A stretch of 64,000 nucleotides of DNA, taken from an uncultured delta proteobacterium (GTDB lineage: Bacteria > Desulfobacterota > Binatia > UBA9968). The stretch spans positions 128,001-192,000 of the forward strand of contig CAVUVW010000021.1 of NCBI GenBank assembly GCA_963745035.1. Reading direction: 5' to 3'. The position numbers and the translations under genes were made by a program. Positions 40,046 to 50,006 of this stretch are shown in pieces. The number at the start of each line of letters is the position of its first letter. Within the stretch, counting starts at the first letter, position 1. The notes beneath the pieces were generated by a model, which made no database searches, was not told where the DNA came from, and saw nothing but the letters and a program-made list of their open reading frames with translations.

Positions 40046-41098
40046 TTATCGGATCTCTGCGCCCCACAGTTCCTTGAGAAAGCCGCTTTTCGATAATTGC
40101 TCGACGTAGCTGTTGTCGTAAAGCTCGGCAGGCGTCTTGCGCACGTTGGTGCCGTTCTCACGCGCGACTTCGATGGCATCGCCCAGCGCACCGGCGGGAA
40201 CGATCATCGAGCGATTGATGAGCGAAACGGCGTAGGCGTCGTACGCCGATTGAAGAATTTCCGAGTCGTTGATCTTGAGTACTTTGGCGAGCGAGGCTTT
40301 CGCCTTGTCGGGATTCTTTTCGGCGAAATGGAGGGACTCGGCGATGGCGGCGACGAAGCGCTGCACCAGTTGGGGTTTCTCTTTCATGGTTTTTGCATTG
40401 GTATGAACGGAGCTGTAAATGAATGGCAGGTTGAGCTCCTTGAGATTGTAAATGAGATTGAGCCCATCCTTCTTGCCGCGCGCATCCAGCGGCGGCGTCA
40501 CCGGTGCCGCTTGGATGATTCCTGCGATCATCGCGTTGTAGCGTTCAGGCTGGCTGCCGCCCATGGGCCTGATCGTGACATCGGCGCTTAGGTTGAATTT
40601 CTTGAGCATGGTTTTCATCAGCCGGTCATCCAGATCGCCGGCCCGGGACACGCCGATGTTCTTTCCTTTGAGATCCTCCATACGTTTCACGTCTTTTTGC
40701 GCGAGCAGAACGTAGGGGAGGCCGATGAGCGGCGAAGCGACGAGCTTGCCGTCGATGCCGGTCGCCAATCCAGGAATCGTGCCGTCGGCGGCGCAGTAAA
40801 GAAAGGAGATTTCATCGCCCGCCAGAGCCGTCAGGTTCATGGCGCTGCCGCTGATAAATTTATGGTCGACTTTAATGGCGTACTTATCGAAGATGCCGTT
40901 GTCCATGGCGGTGTAGAGGTGCACGAAACCTCCGGACACGGCACATGTGGCGACCCGGACGCTGGTGGGTGGTTCTCCGGCTTTGGGTAAGAATGGATTG
41001 GCGCGGCCGATTGCAGGCGCTAACAACGAGCACAACGCGAGGAATAACACTAAACGCACGACGAGCGAATCCACGAATGCTGTGGGCGGTGTTTTCAT
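40046..41098 (-). CDS. NitT/TauT substrate-binding protein
   Basis: DLKGKNIGVSRAG; RBS GGAGG; paralogue of 24976..26025. Confidence 0.88.
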   Translation of the reverse strand: MKTPPTAFVDSLVVRLVLFLALCSLLAPAIGRANPFLPKAGEPPTSVRVATCAVSGGFVHLYTAMDNGIFDKYAIKVDHKFISGSAMNLTALAGDEISFLYCAADGTIPGLATGIDGKLVASPLIGLPYVLLAQKDVKRMEDLKGKNIGVSRAGDLDDRLMKTMLKKFNLSADVTIRPMGGSQPERYNAMIAGIIQAAPVTPPLDARGKKDGLNLIYNLKELNLPFIYSSVHTNAKTMKEKPQLVQRFVAAIAESLHFAEKNPDKAKASLAKVLKINDSEILQSAYDAYAVSLINRSMIVPAGALGDAIEVARENGTNVRKTPAELYDNSYVEQLSKSGFLKELWGAEIR

Positions 41099-41180
41099 CG
41101 CGGCACCTCCGTCAAGCGAAGCCCTTATAGTCGAACAAAGGCTGTGGCCAAGGTAGCTCTTGGCATGCCAGCCGGCGATT

Positions 41181-42353
41181 TTATTCTTCGCGCTGCGCAG
41201 CGGCAAAAGAAAACGCGCTGTAACCTTCGTCAATGAGCTTGATGACTTCGTCGCGCCGCGGGTCGCGATTGATCCCGATGGGGTCGGCGCCGCTTTGCAC
41301 GGCGGCGATCTGTTCGCTCAGCAATTTTCTGAACATGATGATGCCGCGGTCGCCTTCGCCGAGATGTTCCCGGTCGCGGTTGGCCAGCGCACCCTGGGTC
41401 TCCCACGCCATATGGTCTTGGCTGGCGAAGTTGTCCAAGTGAAACTCACCCTCGGCGTTCTTGGTTCCTACGAACTCGATGGGCGGATCGCCGGGCTGCT
41501 CCGGAATACGTCCGTCCTTGGCGGGGCTGAAGCGGAATTGAAAGACCTGCGTGTTCAAATCGTCGATGGGCATGCGAAAGTGCATGGCGTAACCGGCGCG
41601 CACGGGGACGAAAAGGATGTTGGGGAAAATCAGAGGGTGGGGCGCCTCCGCTATTTCTTCTTCTCCGGCGAAGGTCCGGCGCTTTTGAATGCCCGCCCAG
41701 GTCGGTTCAATCACCAGCTCAAAATCGATTTTGCTGAGATGCTGATAATGAAACGGCACATAATCTTTGCTGCCTTTGAGCTTCAGGGTATGCGAGTGAA
41801 GGTAGTAGGTGTGGGTGGGGTCGACGGAGTTTTCCATCGCCTGTAGCCAGTTGCAGCACAGCACTTCGCAGATATCGATCTTTTTGATGCCGTCTTTTCT
41901 GACGAGCAAGTCCCACTTCGGCAGGATCGGCTTGCGGTCCGGCGGTCCCATGTACGCGAACAAAAGTCCGGCAAGTTTTTCCACCGGATAGGCGGGATGT
42001 TGTATCTTATCCTTGAAGCCTGCGGCGGGATTCTCGAAGGGCTGTTCGAGGCACCTGCCGCAGGCGTCATATTTCCAGCCGTGGTAGGGGCAGCGGATGC
42101 CGTCGTCTTCGACAAAGCCGTAGTAAAGCGATGCGCCGCGGTGCGAACAGTGTTCGCCGACCAGCCCGTAGCCGCCGCTGCGGTCGCGGTAAACCAGCAG
42201 ATCTTCGCCCAGTACCCGAACGCGCTTCTTCGGCTTGGTATCCGTTAGCTCGACGGCCGCCGCGATGGGTTGCCAGTAGCGCCTGAGAAGTTCGCCCGCC
42301 GGTGTACCCGGACCGACGGCGGTGAGCAACTGATTTTCTTCTTTACTGAGCAT
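41181..42353 (-). CDS. Rieske non-heme iron oxygenase alpha subunit (phthalate 4,5-dioxygenase / LigX-like)
   Basis: CSHRG...CPYHGW; ENSVDPTHTYYLH; QDHMAWETQG. Confidence 0.93.
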   Translation of the reverse strand: MLSKEENQLLTAVGPGTPAGELLRRYWQPIAAAVELTDTKPKKRVRVLGEDLLVYRDRSGGYGLVGEHCSHRGASLYYGFVEDDGIRCPYHGWKYDACGRCLEQPFENPAAGFKDKIQHPAYPVEKLAGLLFAYMGPPDRKPILPKWDLLVRKDGIKKIDICEVLCCNWLQAMENSVDPTHTYYLHSHTLKLKGSKDYVPFHYQHLSKIDFELVIEPTWAGIQKRRTFAGEEEIAEAPHPLIFPNILFVPVRAGYAMHFRMPIDDLNTQVFQFRFSPAKDGRIPEQPGDPPIEFVGTKNAEGEFHLDNFASQDHMAWETQGALANRDREHLGEGDRGIIMFRKLLSEQIAAVQSGADPIGINRDPRRDEVIKLIDEGYSAFSFAAAQREE

Positions 42354-42433
42354 GGCGCTCGACCCTCGCGGGAAGATGATTATTAGCGACGATATTCGAA
42401 GCGGCGGCGCACTGTCAAATTGTCGTCGGTGAG

Positions 42434-43258
42434 TTAAGAATGCTTCACGCTGTTCACGTGGCGAGCATAGACGTCGGTGCGGCGGTTTTTGAGCAGCGGC
42501 AATTTTTCGCGCGTTTCTTTAACTAAGCTCAAGTCGAGCTCGACAACTTCCAGTCCTTCCTTTTCACCGAGATCGATAAGCGCGCGGCCGAGTGGATCGA
42601 CGATCATGCTGTGGCCGATGTAAATGTTGCCGACTTGGTCGGGCGCGATCACGTAGGCGCCGTTTTCCAGCGCCCGCGCTTTGATCATCGTCTGCCAATG
42701 ATCGACTTTGAGATCGCCTTGCACCCAACCCGACGGGGCGACTAACACATTGGCGCCTTCGAGCGCGAGCATGCGCGCCATTTCCGGGAAGCGCAGGTCA
42801 TAGCAGATCATCATGCCGAATTGGCACTCGCCCGACTGGACCAGCGGCGCGATCGCGGTGCCGGGATGAAATTTATCCGATTCTTTAAAGCCGAAGGCGT
42901 CGTAGAGATGGAGCTTGCGATAGACCGCGGCGACGTTTCCCCCTTTATCGATCCAAACCGAAGTGTCAAACACTCGATTCGGAGTAGTGGATACTTCGTA
43001 AATTGTCGCGACGACCGCAATGGCTGCTGTTCTCGCCGCATCCCGAAGCGTGGAGATAAACGGCCCATCCACTGACTCGGCGATTCGCGCCAGCTCTTCA
43101 GCGCTCTGACTGGCAGGAGAGAAGGCCATCAAGAACTCCGGAAAAGCGATGAGCTCGGCGCCTGTGCGCTCGGCGTCATGAATCAAGCTGACTGCTTTAC
43201 GGAGATTCGCTTCCTTGTCCGTGGATGATTCGACTTGTGCGATTGCGACCCTATTCAT
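42434..43258 (-). CDS. carbon-nitrogen hydrolase (Nit1-like)
   Basis: FPEF, YRKLHLYD, ICYDLRFPE triad. Confidence 0.93.
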   Translation of the reverse strand: MNRVAIAQVESSTDKEANLRKAVSLIHDAERTGAELIAFPEFLMAFSPASQSAEELARIAESVDGPFISTLRDAARTAAIAVVATIYEVSTTPNRVFDTSVWIDKGGNVAAVYRKLHLYDAFGFKESDKFHPGTAIAPLVQSGECQFGMMICYDLRFPEMARMLALEGANVLVAPSGWVQGDLKVDHWQTMIKARALENGAYVIAPDQVGNIYIGHSMIVDPLGRALIDLGEKEGLEVVELDLSLVKETREKLPLLKNRRTDVYARHVNSVKHS

Positions 43259-43363
43259 GAGAGCTGGCTTTCCCGATCAACATCGGCGGCGCACTGACTG
43301 GAATAATTTTCATCGCCAAGCTATCCAAGTAAGGAAGCTCCGTCAATCCGTCCAGATCACCAG

Positions 43364-44791
43364 ATGCCGCAGCCCGCAATCACCCCAAGACTGCAACGCC
43401 TGGCGCTGCTCAACGTCTGTCTCGGCCAGTTCATGAGCGCGCTCGATTCCCGCTCAGTGAACGTGGCGTTGCCGACCTTGTCAGCCTACTTCGACGTGTC
43501 GATGGCCTACGTCCAATGGGTGCCGCTCGCTTATCAATTGACGCTCGTCGGGTTGGTCCTGAGCATGGCGCGGCTGGGCGACAAACTTGGCCGCAAGAAG
43601 ATCTACGCCCTCGGTTTTGTTCTTTTGGGCGCCGGCTCGGCCGCCTGCGGGCTGAGCCCGCAATTATGGCAGATCATCATGTTTCGCGTGGTCGAAGCGA
43701 TCGGCGGCGCGCTGGTGCTCGCGAACGGCCGCGCGATCGCCTCGGCCCTTTATGCCAAGGAAGGGAGAGGGCGCGCGCTCGGCATGATGTCGATGTCGTT
43801 TCATCTGGGCTACATCACCGGCCCGTCGCTGGGCGGTTTCCTGGTCGATACCATCGGCTGGCGCTGGATCTTTTTCATGAACATGCCGGTGGCGATCGCA
43901 GCCTCCGCGATGGCGTGGAAGATCCTGCCCGAGAGCGTGACGGAGAAGCGCGACTATTCGCTCGATCCGATCGGCATGATCACGCTGCTCTTGACAATCG
44001 TTTCGTTGATCGTCGGCTTGCAGCAAGTCGCACGGTCGGGTTTTAGCCTATTTTCGCTCGGCTTGTTTCTCGCGTCGGCAACTTTCCTTTTTCTGCTGCT
44101 GCATTTCGAGCGCAAGTCCGCGGCGCCTTTGCTCGACCTGTCGTTGTTTAAGATCAGGCTTCTCACCGCTGGAATTTTGAGCCACTTCTTTGTGTCGATC
44201 TCGCATACCTCGACTTTTTTTCTTTTGCCGTTTTATCTGCAAGGCATTCTGCGCTTTACCCCGACGCAGGTGGGCATCACGGTCATTTGTTTCTCTCTGG
44301 TCATCGTCGTGTTGGCTCCCATCGGTGGCTGGCTTGCGGACCGGCTTGGGTCGAGAATGTTGTGCACGGTAGGTTCGGTACTGACCGCGCTCGCCATGAT
44401 CGCCTTCGCGCGCCTCGGCGCGAACAGCACTCAGGTTGACATTATAATTCCGTTGATGCTGCTGGGACTGGGCTGGTCGTTGTTTCAATCGCCCAACCTG
44501 AGCGGCATGTTCAATGCCGTGGATTCGCGTTACGTTGGCGCCGTGAGCGGCTTGTCATTGACCTCGGCAAATATCGCCAACGCCATGGGCGTGGCCGTGG
44601 GCAGCGTGTTGTTCCTGCGCTGGCTGCGATTTCATGGCCTTACCGATTCGGTAGTTCCGCCTTACACGGAGTGGGGGAGGGCACCGCAAATTTTCGTCGA
44701 GTCGTTCCAAAGCTCGTGGACGGTGATCGCCGGGCTGGCGGCGATCGCGATCGTTACGTCGGCGATGCGAGGGAAGGATGAGAGGAAGTAA
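43364..44791 (+). CDS. MFS transporter, DHA2 (14-TM) family
   Basis: LDSRSVNVALPT, GPSLGGFL, WRWIFFMNMP. Confidence 0.92.
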   Translation: MPQPAITPRLQRLALLNVCLGQFMSALDSRSVNVALPTLSAYFDVSMAYVQWVPLAYQLTLVGLVLSMARLGDKLGRKKIYALGFVLLGAGSAACGLSPQLWQIIMFRVVEAIGGALVLANGRAIASALYAKEGRGRALGMMSMSFHLGYITGPSLGGFLVDTIGWRWIFFMNMPVAIAASAMAWKILPESVTEKRDYSLDPIGMITLLLTIVSLIVGLQQVARSGFSLFSLGLFLASATFLFLLLHFERKSAAPLLDLSLFKIRLLTAGILSHFFVSISHTSTFFLLPFYLQGILRFTPTQVGITVICFSLVIVVLAPIGGWLADRLGSRMLCTVGSVLTALAMIAFARLGANSTQVDIIIPLMLLGLGWSLFQSPNLSGMFNAVDSRYVGAVSGLSLTSANIANAMGVAVGSVLFLRWLRFHGLTDSVVPPYTEWGRAPQIFVESFQSSWTVIAGLAAIAIVTSAMRGKDERK

Positions 44792-44871
44792 AAGGAGTAA
44801 AAGGAGTGTTGAGCATTGAACAGGCAGATAAAGCGAATGTACGACTAATCGGTCCACACACTCCAGTATCT

Positions 44872-45927
44872 TCAGTAGTTGAGTTGCTGGCCGGCTTTTT
44901 TCTTCTGGACGTTGTCGAGAACCTTGGCGCCAAGCGCGACGTCGGCGACGCCTTGGCCGGCGTTGTTTTTGTAGAAGGTGATCTGATCGGCCTTGGTGCG
45001 GCCTTCCTTTTTGCCGGCGAGGATCTCGCCGATCTCGATCAACTGTTCCCATCGGATGACGCCGCGCTCCACCGGGTCGAAGATATCGGCCTGCTCGTCC
45101 TGCCGCGCTTGCTCGACGGAGACGATGCCGTGCACGTCGCTTCGCGCCAGAGTGGCATCGTCGATCTCGCGCCGCTTGGCGGCGGCAAAGCCGTTTTTCA
45201 CCAGGCCGACATTGCTGCCGACGATGGTGGTGACGTGCTGGCCGGGTTTGAGCCAGTTGCCGTCGAACACCGGCACGCTGGAATTGGTCGCGGTCAAAAT
45301 AATATCGACGCCGCGCACGGCCTCTTCGGCCGATGCCACCGGCTCGATATCGAGCTGGGTGAGCGGCGCCATTTCCTCGGCGAATTTTTTCCGGTTGTCC
45401 GGATTGCGGCTGTAGACTTTGACCTTCTTCAGTTTTCGCACCTGCATCAGTGCCAGCAGATGGTTCTTGGCCTGGCCGGCGGCGCCGAACAGGCCGAGGC
45501 TCGTGGCGTCGGGCCGCGCCAAGAGATCGGTGCCGACGGCGCTGGTCGCGGCCGTGCGCAGGCCGGTGACGGCGATATTGTCGGGCAGCTCGGCGCAGGT
45601 GATCTCGCCGACGATGATGCCTTTGAGCTCGCCTTCGGCGGAATCGTAGAGCACGATCACCGGATGATTGAGGCGCGGGTAGACCTGCTCGGAGGCCATC
45701 GGCTTTACCCATTCGCAGTGCGTCATCAAGCCGGTGGCCTTGGCCGCCGGCACGCCGCCCTGGTGCACGCTCACGCGCACGCCGGTGGGAATGTGGATCC
45801 GGCGGCGCGGCGCGTTGAGAAGCGCATTCTCGCCCCACTCGCGAAATCCGAGGCGCACCGCTTCGACGGCCTCCGACATGCTGACGATGCCGCGGATTTC
45901 TTGTGGGCTCACAAGCAAAGGTTGCAT
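44872..45927 (-). CDS. ornithine cyclodeaminase / mu-crystallin family protein
   Basis: TGLRTAATSAVG, TATNS, ITFYKNNAGQGVADVA. Confidence 0.92.
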   Translation of the reverse strand: MQPLLVSPQEIRGIVSMSEAVEAVRLGFREWGENALLNAPRRRIHIPTGVRVSVHQGGVPAAKATGLMTHCEWVKPMASEQVYPRLNHPVIVLYDSAEGELKGIIVGEITCAELPDNIAVTGLRTAATSAVGTDLLARPDATSLGLFGAAGQAKNHLLALMQVRKLKKVKVYSRNPDNRKKFAEEMAPLTQLDIEPVASAEEAVRGVDIILTATNSSVPVFDGNWLKPGQHVTTIVGSNVGLVKNGFAAAKRREIDDATLARSDVHGIVSVEQARQDEQADIFDPVERGVIRWEQLIEIGEILAGKKEGRTKADQITFYKNNAGQGVADVALGAKVLDNVQKKKAGQQLNY

Positions 45928-45940
45928 GCGAACGTCTCTT

Positions 45941-46501
45941 TCAGATGGTCGGCGCGACCCGCGGCCGCGCGATCAGGTCTTCGCCCCAGCGCTTGAGATT
46001 GGGATAGCGATCGTCGATGGTCACTTCGTAGCGCTCGCGACGCGTGTAAAACGGAATGAAGCTCACGTCCGCGAGCGAGTACTCGCCGACCAGATATTTC
46101 TTGCCGGACATTTCTTTATCCAACGCGGCAAGATGTTGCTCCATGCGCTGCTGCGCTTTCTCGGGCTCGCGCTTGTGCGTGATGTCGGACGCCGCGGCGT
46201 GGAGCCGGGTGCTCATGTAATCGACCCAGATGCGCGCCTTGGCGCGAAGCAGGAGATCGGCGGGCATCAGCCGGACCTGAGGAAACTTCTCGTCCAAATA
46301 TTCGTCGATGATCGCCGACTCATAAATCACGCCCTCGCCGTCGACCAAAACGGGAACTTTGCCGTAAGGATTGCGCTGCACGAGGTCGGAAGGCTTGTTC
46401 TTCAAATCCACTTCGATGAGCTCGTAGGGAAGTTGCTTTTCCGCCAGGACAATCCTTGTCCTGTGGGCGTAGGGTCAGGTGTGGCTGGAATAAAGCTTCA
46501 T
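45941..46501 (-). CDS. glutathione S-transferase, putative selenoprotein (UGA codon 9)
   Basis: MKLYSSHT*PYAHRTRIVLAEK in frame with NPYGKVPVL..ESAII; TGA at 46477-46475; RBS AAGGAGG; downstream hairpin. Confidence 0.88.
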
Positions 46502-46533
46502 GGCGTGCCCTCCTTCTCGGTTTGAATATCAAC

Positions 46534-46650
46534 TGGGTTCAAATCGTTCAAGTCGTTCAAATAGTTCAAATCGTCAGATGAAGAAGGCGAACGCGTCTTT
46601 TCTTCTTACACGGCTTGAACGTTTTGAACGGCTTGAACTACTTGAACCCA
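46534..46650. repeat. inverted pair of 4 x 9-nt tandem arrays
   Basis: (GTTCAARTM)x4 at 46537-46572 and (NNYTTGAAC)x4 at 46612-46647. Confidence 0.85.
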
Positions 46651-46652
46651 CT

Positions 46653-47460
46653 CTATCGAGTGCGTGCGGTTAGTCGTTCCTGCAGCGTGTCGCCGACGAT
46701 ATTCAAGGCCAAAACGGTAAACATCAAAGCGAGTCCGGGATAGGTCGTGAGATGCGGCGCGACGAGCAAGAATTGCCGGCCATCGTTCAACATGGAGCCC
46801 CACGACGGCGCCGGCGGCTCCACGCCGAGGCCGAGAAAGCTCAGGCTGCCTTCGGCGACGATGGCCGCCGCCAAGCCGAACGTCGCTTGAATCAGCAACG
46901 GCGCGAGCAGATTGGGGATCAGATGGCGGATGATGATTCGCCTCGGTGAACAGCCGAGGCCGCGTGCCGCCTGCACGAACTCGCGCTCGCGGAGCGACAA
47001 GATTTCGCCGCGGACCAGGCGCGCGTAGCCGGTCCAGCCGATCAGGCAGAGCGCCAGGATCACATGATCGAGTCCGGGACCGAGCACGGCCGTCAGCGCT
47101 ATGGCGAGCAGGATGCCGGGAAACGCCATCAAAATATCGACCAGGCGCATGAGCAGGAGATCGAGCCAGCCGCCGAAATAGCCGGACAATGAGCCGGCGG
47201 CGACCCCGAGCGAGAGCGAAATGAGCACGGTGGCGATTCCCGTGAGCAGCGAAATCCGCCCGCCATAGATTGTCCGGCTCAAGACGTCGCGGCCCGAGTT
47301 TATCAGTGCCGAGCGGATGATCGGCGGAATAGGCGAGCAGATCTTTGTCGAGATCTTGGCGGAGCGGATCGTGGGGCGCGATCAGCGGCGCGAACAGCGC
47401 GGCAACGGCGAGCGCAAGCAGGACCGCCAGGCCGGCGTAGAACCACACTCTATTCGCCAA
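46653..47460 (-). CDS. peptide/nickel ABC transporter permease, DppC-like (frameshift ~47292)
   Basis: HPLGTDKLG, YGGRISL, EFVQAAR, SLSFLGLG..PP..SWG. Confidence 0.9.
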
Positions 47461-48373
47461 AGCGCACCCGCGGATCGACCAGCTTGTAGAGCAGGTCGGT
47501 GAAAAAATTGATCAACACGTAGGACGCGGCGATCACCAGCACGCAGCCCTGGACGAGCGGATAGTCGCGCGTCTGGATCGCCTGGATGGTCAGCCGGCCG
47601 ATGCCCGGCCAGCTAAAAATCGTCTCGGTGATCAACGAGCCGGCGAGCAGACCGCCGAATTGCAAGCTCATGATCGTGACCACGGAAAGCAGGGCGTTGC
47701 GCAGCACGTGCTTCACCCACACTTTGGCTTCGCGCAAGCCCTTGGCACGGGCGGTCTGGACAAATTCCTGATGCGCGGCCTCGATCAGGCTCGCGCGCAG
47801 GATGCGCACGAGGATGGCCGCCATGCCGAGCCCGAGTGTGACGGCCGGCAGAAACAGATGGCCGAGACCGCCGCGTCCGGACACCGGCGTCCAGCCGAGC
47901 TGGATCGAAAAGACGATCATCAGGAGCGGGCCGAGCCAGAAGTTGGGCAGCGAGAGCCCGAGCAAGGAAAACGCCAGCGCCGCGCGATCGATCCAACCGC
48001 CACGGTGGAATGCCGCCAGCGCGCCGAGCGGAAACGAAATCAAGATCGCCGCGATCATGGCACAGAGCGCGAGCTGGAAGGTGGCGGGGAAGCGCGCGCC
48101 GATAATTTGCGTCACTCCTGCCGGCTCGTAGAGAGAACGGCCGAGGTCGCCGGCGGCGAGATTCACGAGAAATGACCGGTATTGGGTCAGGAGCGGGCGG
48201 TCAAATCCCAAACTTCGACGCAACGATTCCTTGTCGGCCGCGGTCGCGGTTTCGCCGAGCATGACTTCCACGGGATCGCCGGGGATCAGATGGATCAGCA
48301 GAAATACCAGCGAGACCGCGCCGAGCAGGGTGGGCAGCAACAGTAACAAGCGCCGGATCAAAAATCGCTTCAC
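47450..48373 (-). CDS. peptide/nickel ABC transporter permease, DppB-like
   Basis: IPGDP, TARAKGL, ETIFSWPGIG, RDYPLVQG. Confidence 0.93.
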   Translation of the reverse strand: MKRFLIRRLLLLLPTLLGAVSLVFLLIHLIPGDPVEVMLGETATAADKESLRRSLGFDRPLLTQYRSFLVNLAAGDLGRSLYEPAGVTQIIGARFPATFQLALCAMIAAILISFPLGALAAFHRGGWIDRAALAFSLLGLSLPNFWLGPLLMIVFSIQLGWTPVSGRGGLGHLFLPAVTLGLGMAAILVRILRASLIEAAHQEFVQTARAKGLREAKVWVKHVLRNALLSVVTIMSLQFGGLLAGSLITETIFSWPGIGRLTIQAIQTRDYPLVQGCVLVIAASYVLINFFTDLLYKLVDPRVRFGE

Positions 48374-48383
48374 GGGCGCGCCG

Positions 48384-49982
48384 CTAGCCGAATGCGGCCT
48401 TCTTGAAGGAAATCAGCTCGCCGTCGGGATAGGGGACGAAACCGCGTAGGTTGGGTTTTTTCACGATCACGTTCTTCCACCACCAGAGCGGCACGTAGGG
48501 CAGATCTTCGGCGAGGAGCCTTTGCACCTGCGCGTAAATTTCTCGGCGCTCTTGCCGATCGACTGTCGCACGCCCCTGGTCGAGCAGGCGGTCGACTTCG
48601 AGATTGCGATAGCGGCCGCGGTTGTCGCCGTTGGGCGGCGTGCTGGAGGAGTGAAAAATCTGATGGTAGATGTCCGGATCTTCGATGCCGACCCATGCGA
48701 GCGAATAGAGATGGAAGTTGCCGCTCTTCACGTCGCTAAAAAAAGTGCCCCATTCGTAGGTGCGCAGCTCGAGCTCGATGCCGACCTGTGATAGCTGCTC
48801 TTTGAGCGCTTCGGCGATGCGCCGGCGGAGGTCGATGTTGGTGGTCTTGAAGGAAAGACGAAAACGCGGGCGCGGTCCGTCGCCGTCGGGATCGATAAAG
48901 CCCGCCTCGTCGAGCAGTTGTTTGGCGCGCGCCCGATCGTAGGGCCAGCGCCGCGCGTTGCCCTCGTAGGCCCAGCTGTGCGGCGAAAGCAGGCCGCTGG
49001 CTTCCGTGGCGATGTTCTTGAGCAGATGGCGGATGATGCTGTCACGATCGATAGCGCAGGCGAGGGCCTGGCGGACTTTCCGGTGGCGCAAGATCGGATG
49101 CGTCAAATTGAATCCGATGTACTGAAACGTCGTGCCGTTTGCCGTCTCCACCCGGGCGCTGGTGTTTTTCTCGAGCCAGGGGAGCATCTCCGGCTCCAGA
49201 TCATTTTGCATGAAGTCGACGGCCCCCTGCTTGAACTCGAGCACCCGCACCAGCGCATCGGGAACAATTTTGAAAACCACACCTGGCAGCGGAGGGCGCC
49301 CCTCCCAGTACTCCGGGTTGGCTTGCAGCGTGACCTTCTCTCCCGATTCCAGCGCTTTTAAACGAAACGGTCCCGAGCCCGGCGGCGGGCGCGGGTTGGA
49401 ATTGCCAGCCTTCGGCGCGCCCGCGGGCACGATGCCGAGAGTGAATTGCTCGATGAAAGGCGCGTGCGGCGCACGCAAGCGAAAGCGCAGTTGGTGAGCG
49501 CCGGTCTGCTCGATGCTCTCGAGCGGCAACAGCGGGCCGCGTTTGGGCGAGAGAGCGGCGGGATCTAAAATCGATTCGTAGGTGTACTTCACATCGGCGG
49601 CGGTGAGGCGCGCGCCGTTGTGAAAAACCGCATCGGCGCGCAGATCGAAATGATAGGTGCGGTCGTCGAGCATGCGCCAATCTACCGCTAGCTCGCGCCG
49701 CAGTTGCGATCGTTCGTCGTAGCGCAGCAGCGAATTGTAGATCAGATTACCGATGCGCACGGAGTTGGCGTCGGTCGAGTAGCGCGGATCAAGCTGGAGC
49801 GGGTTGCTCTCGATGCCGGCGACCAGATAGCCGGGCGGGCGCCCGTCGGACGAGCGGCAACCGGAACAAGCGGCGAGCAATAGGGCGACGGAATACAATC
49901 GCAGAGATCGGTGGCGGCGCAACGACAAAAACTCTCGCGCGAAAATTTTCCTGAAAATAGCCGGTTTGCTGGACTCGGTCAA
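48384..49982 (-). CDS. ABC family-5 peptide-binding lipoprotein, DppA-like (start uncertain)
   Basis: LLLAAC lipobox, LDPR, FHNG..LTAADV, GSGPF, VRQALACAIDR. Confidence 0.9.
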   Translation of the reverse strand: MTESSKPAIFRKIFAREFLSLRRHRSLRLYSVALLLAACSGCRSSDGRPPGYLVAGIESNPLQLDPRYSTDANSVRIGNLIYNSLLRYDERSQLRRELAVDWRMLDDRTYHFDLRADAVFHNGARLTAADVKYTYESILDPAALSPKRGPLLPLESIEQTGAHQLRFRLRAPHAPFIEQFTLGIVPAGAPKAGNSNPRPPPGSGPFRLKALESGEKVTLQANPEYWEGRPPLPGVVFKIVPDALVRVLEFKQGAVDFMQNDLEPEMLPWLEKNTSARVETANGTTFQYIGFNLTHPILRHRKVRQALACAIDRDSIIRHLLKNIATEASGLLSPHSWAYEGNARRWPYDRARAKQLLDEAGFIDPDGDGPRPRFRLSFKTTNIDLRRRIAEALKEQLSQVGIELELRTYEWGTFFSDVKSGNFHLYSLAWVGIEDPDIYHQIFHSSSTPPNGDNRGRYRNLEVDRLLDQGRATVDRQERREIYAQVQRLLAEDLPYVPLWWWKNVIVKKPNLRGFVPYPDGELISFKKAAFG

Positions 49983-50006
49983 TTTTTTTCATTACCTTGG
50001 GAAGCA

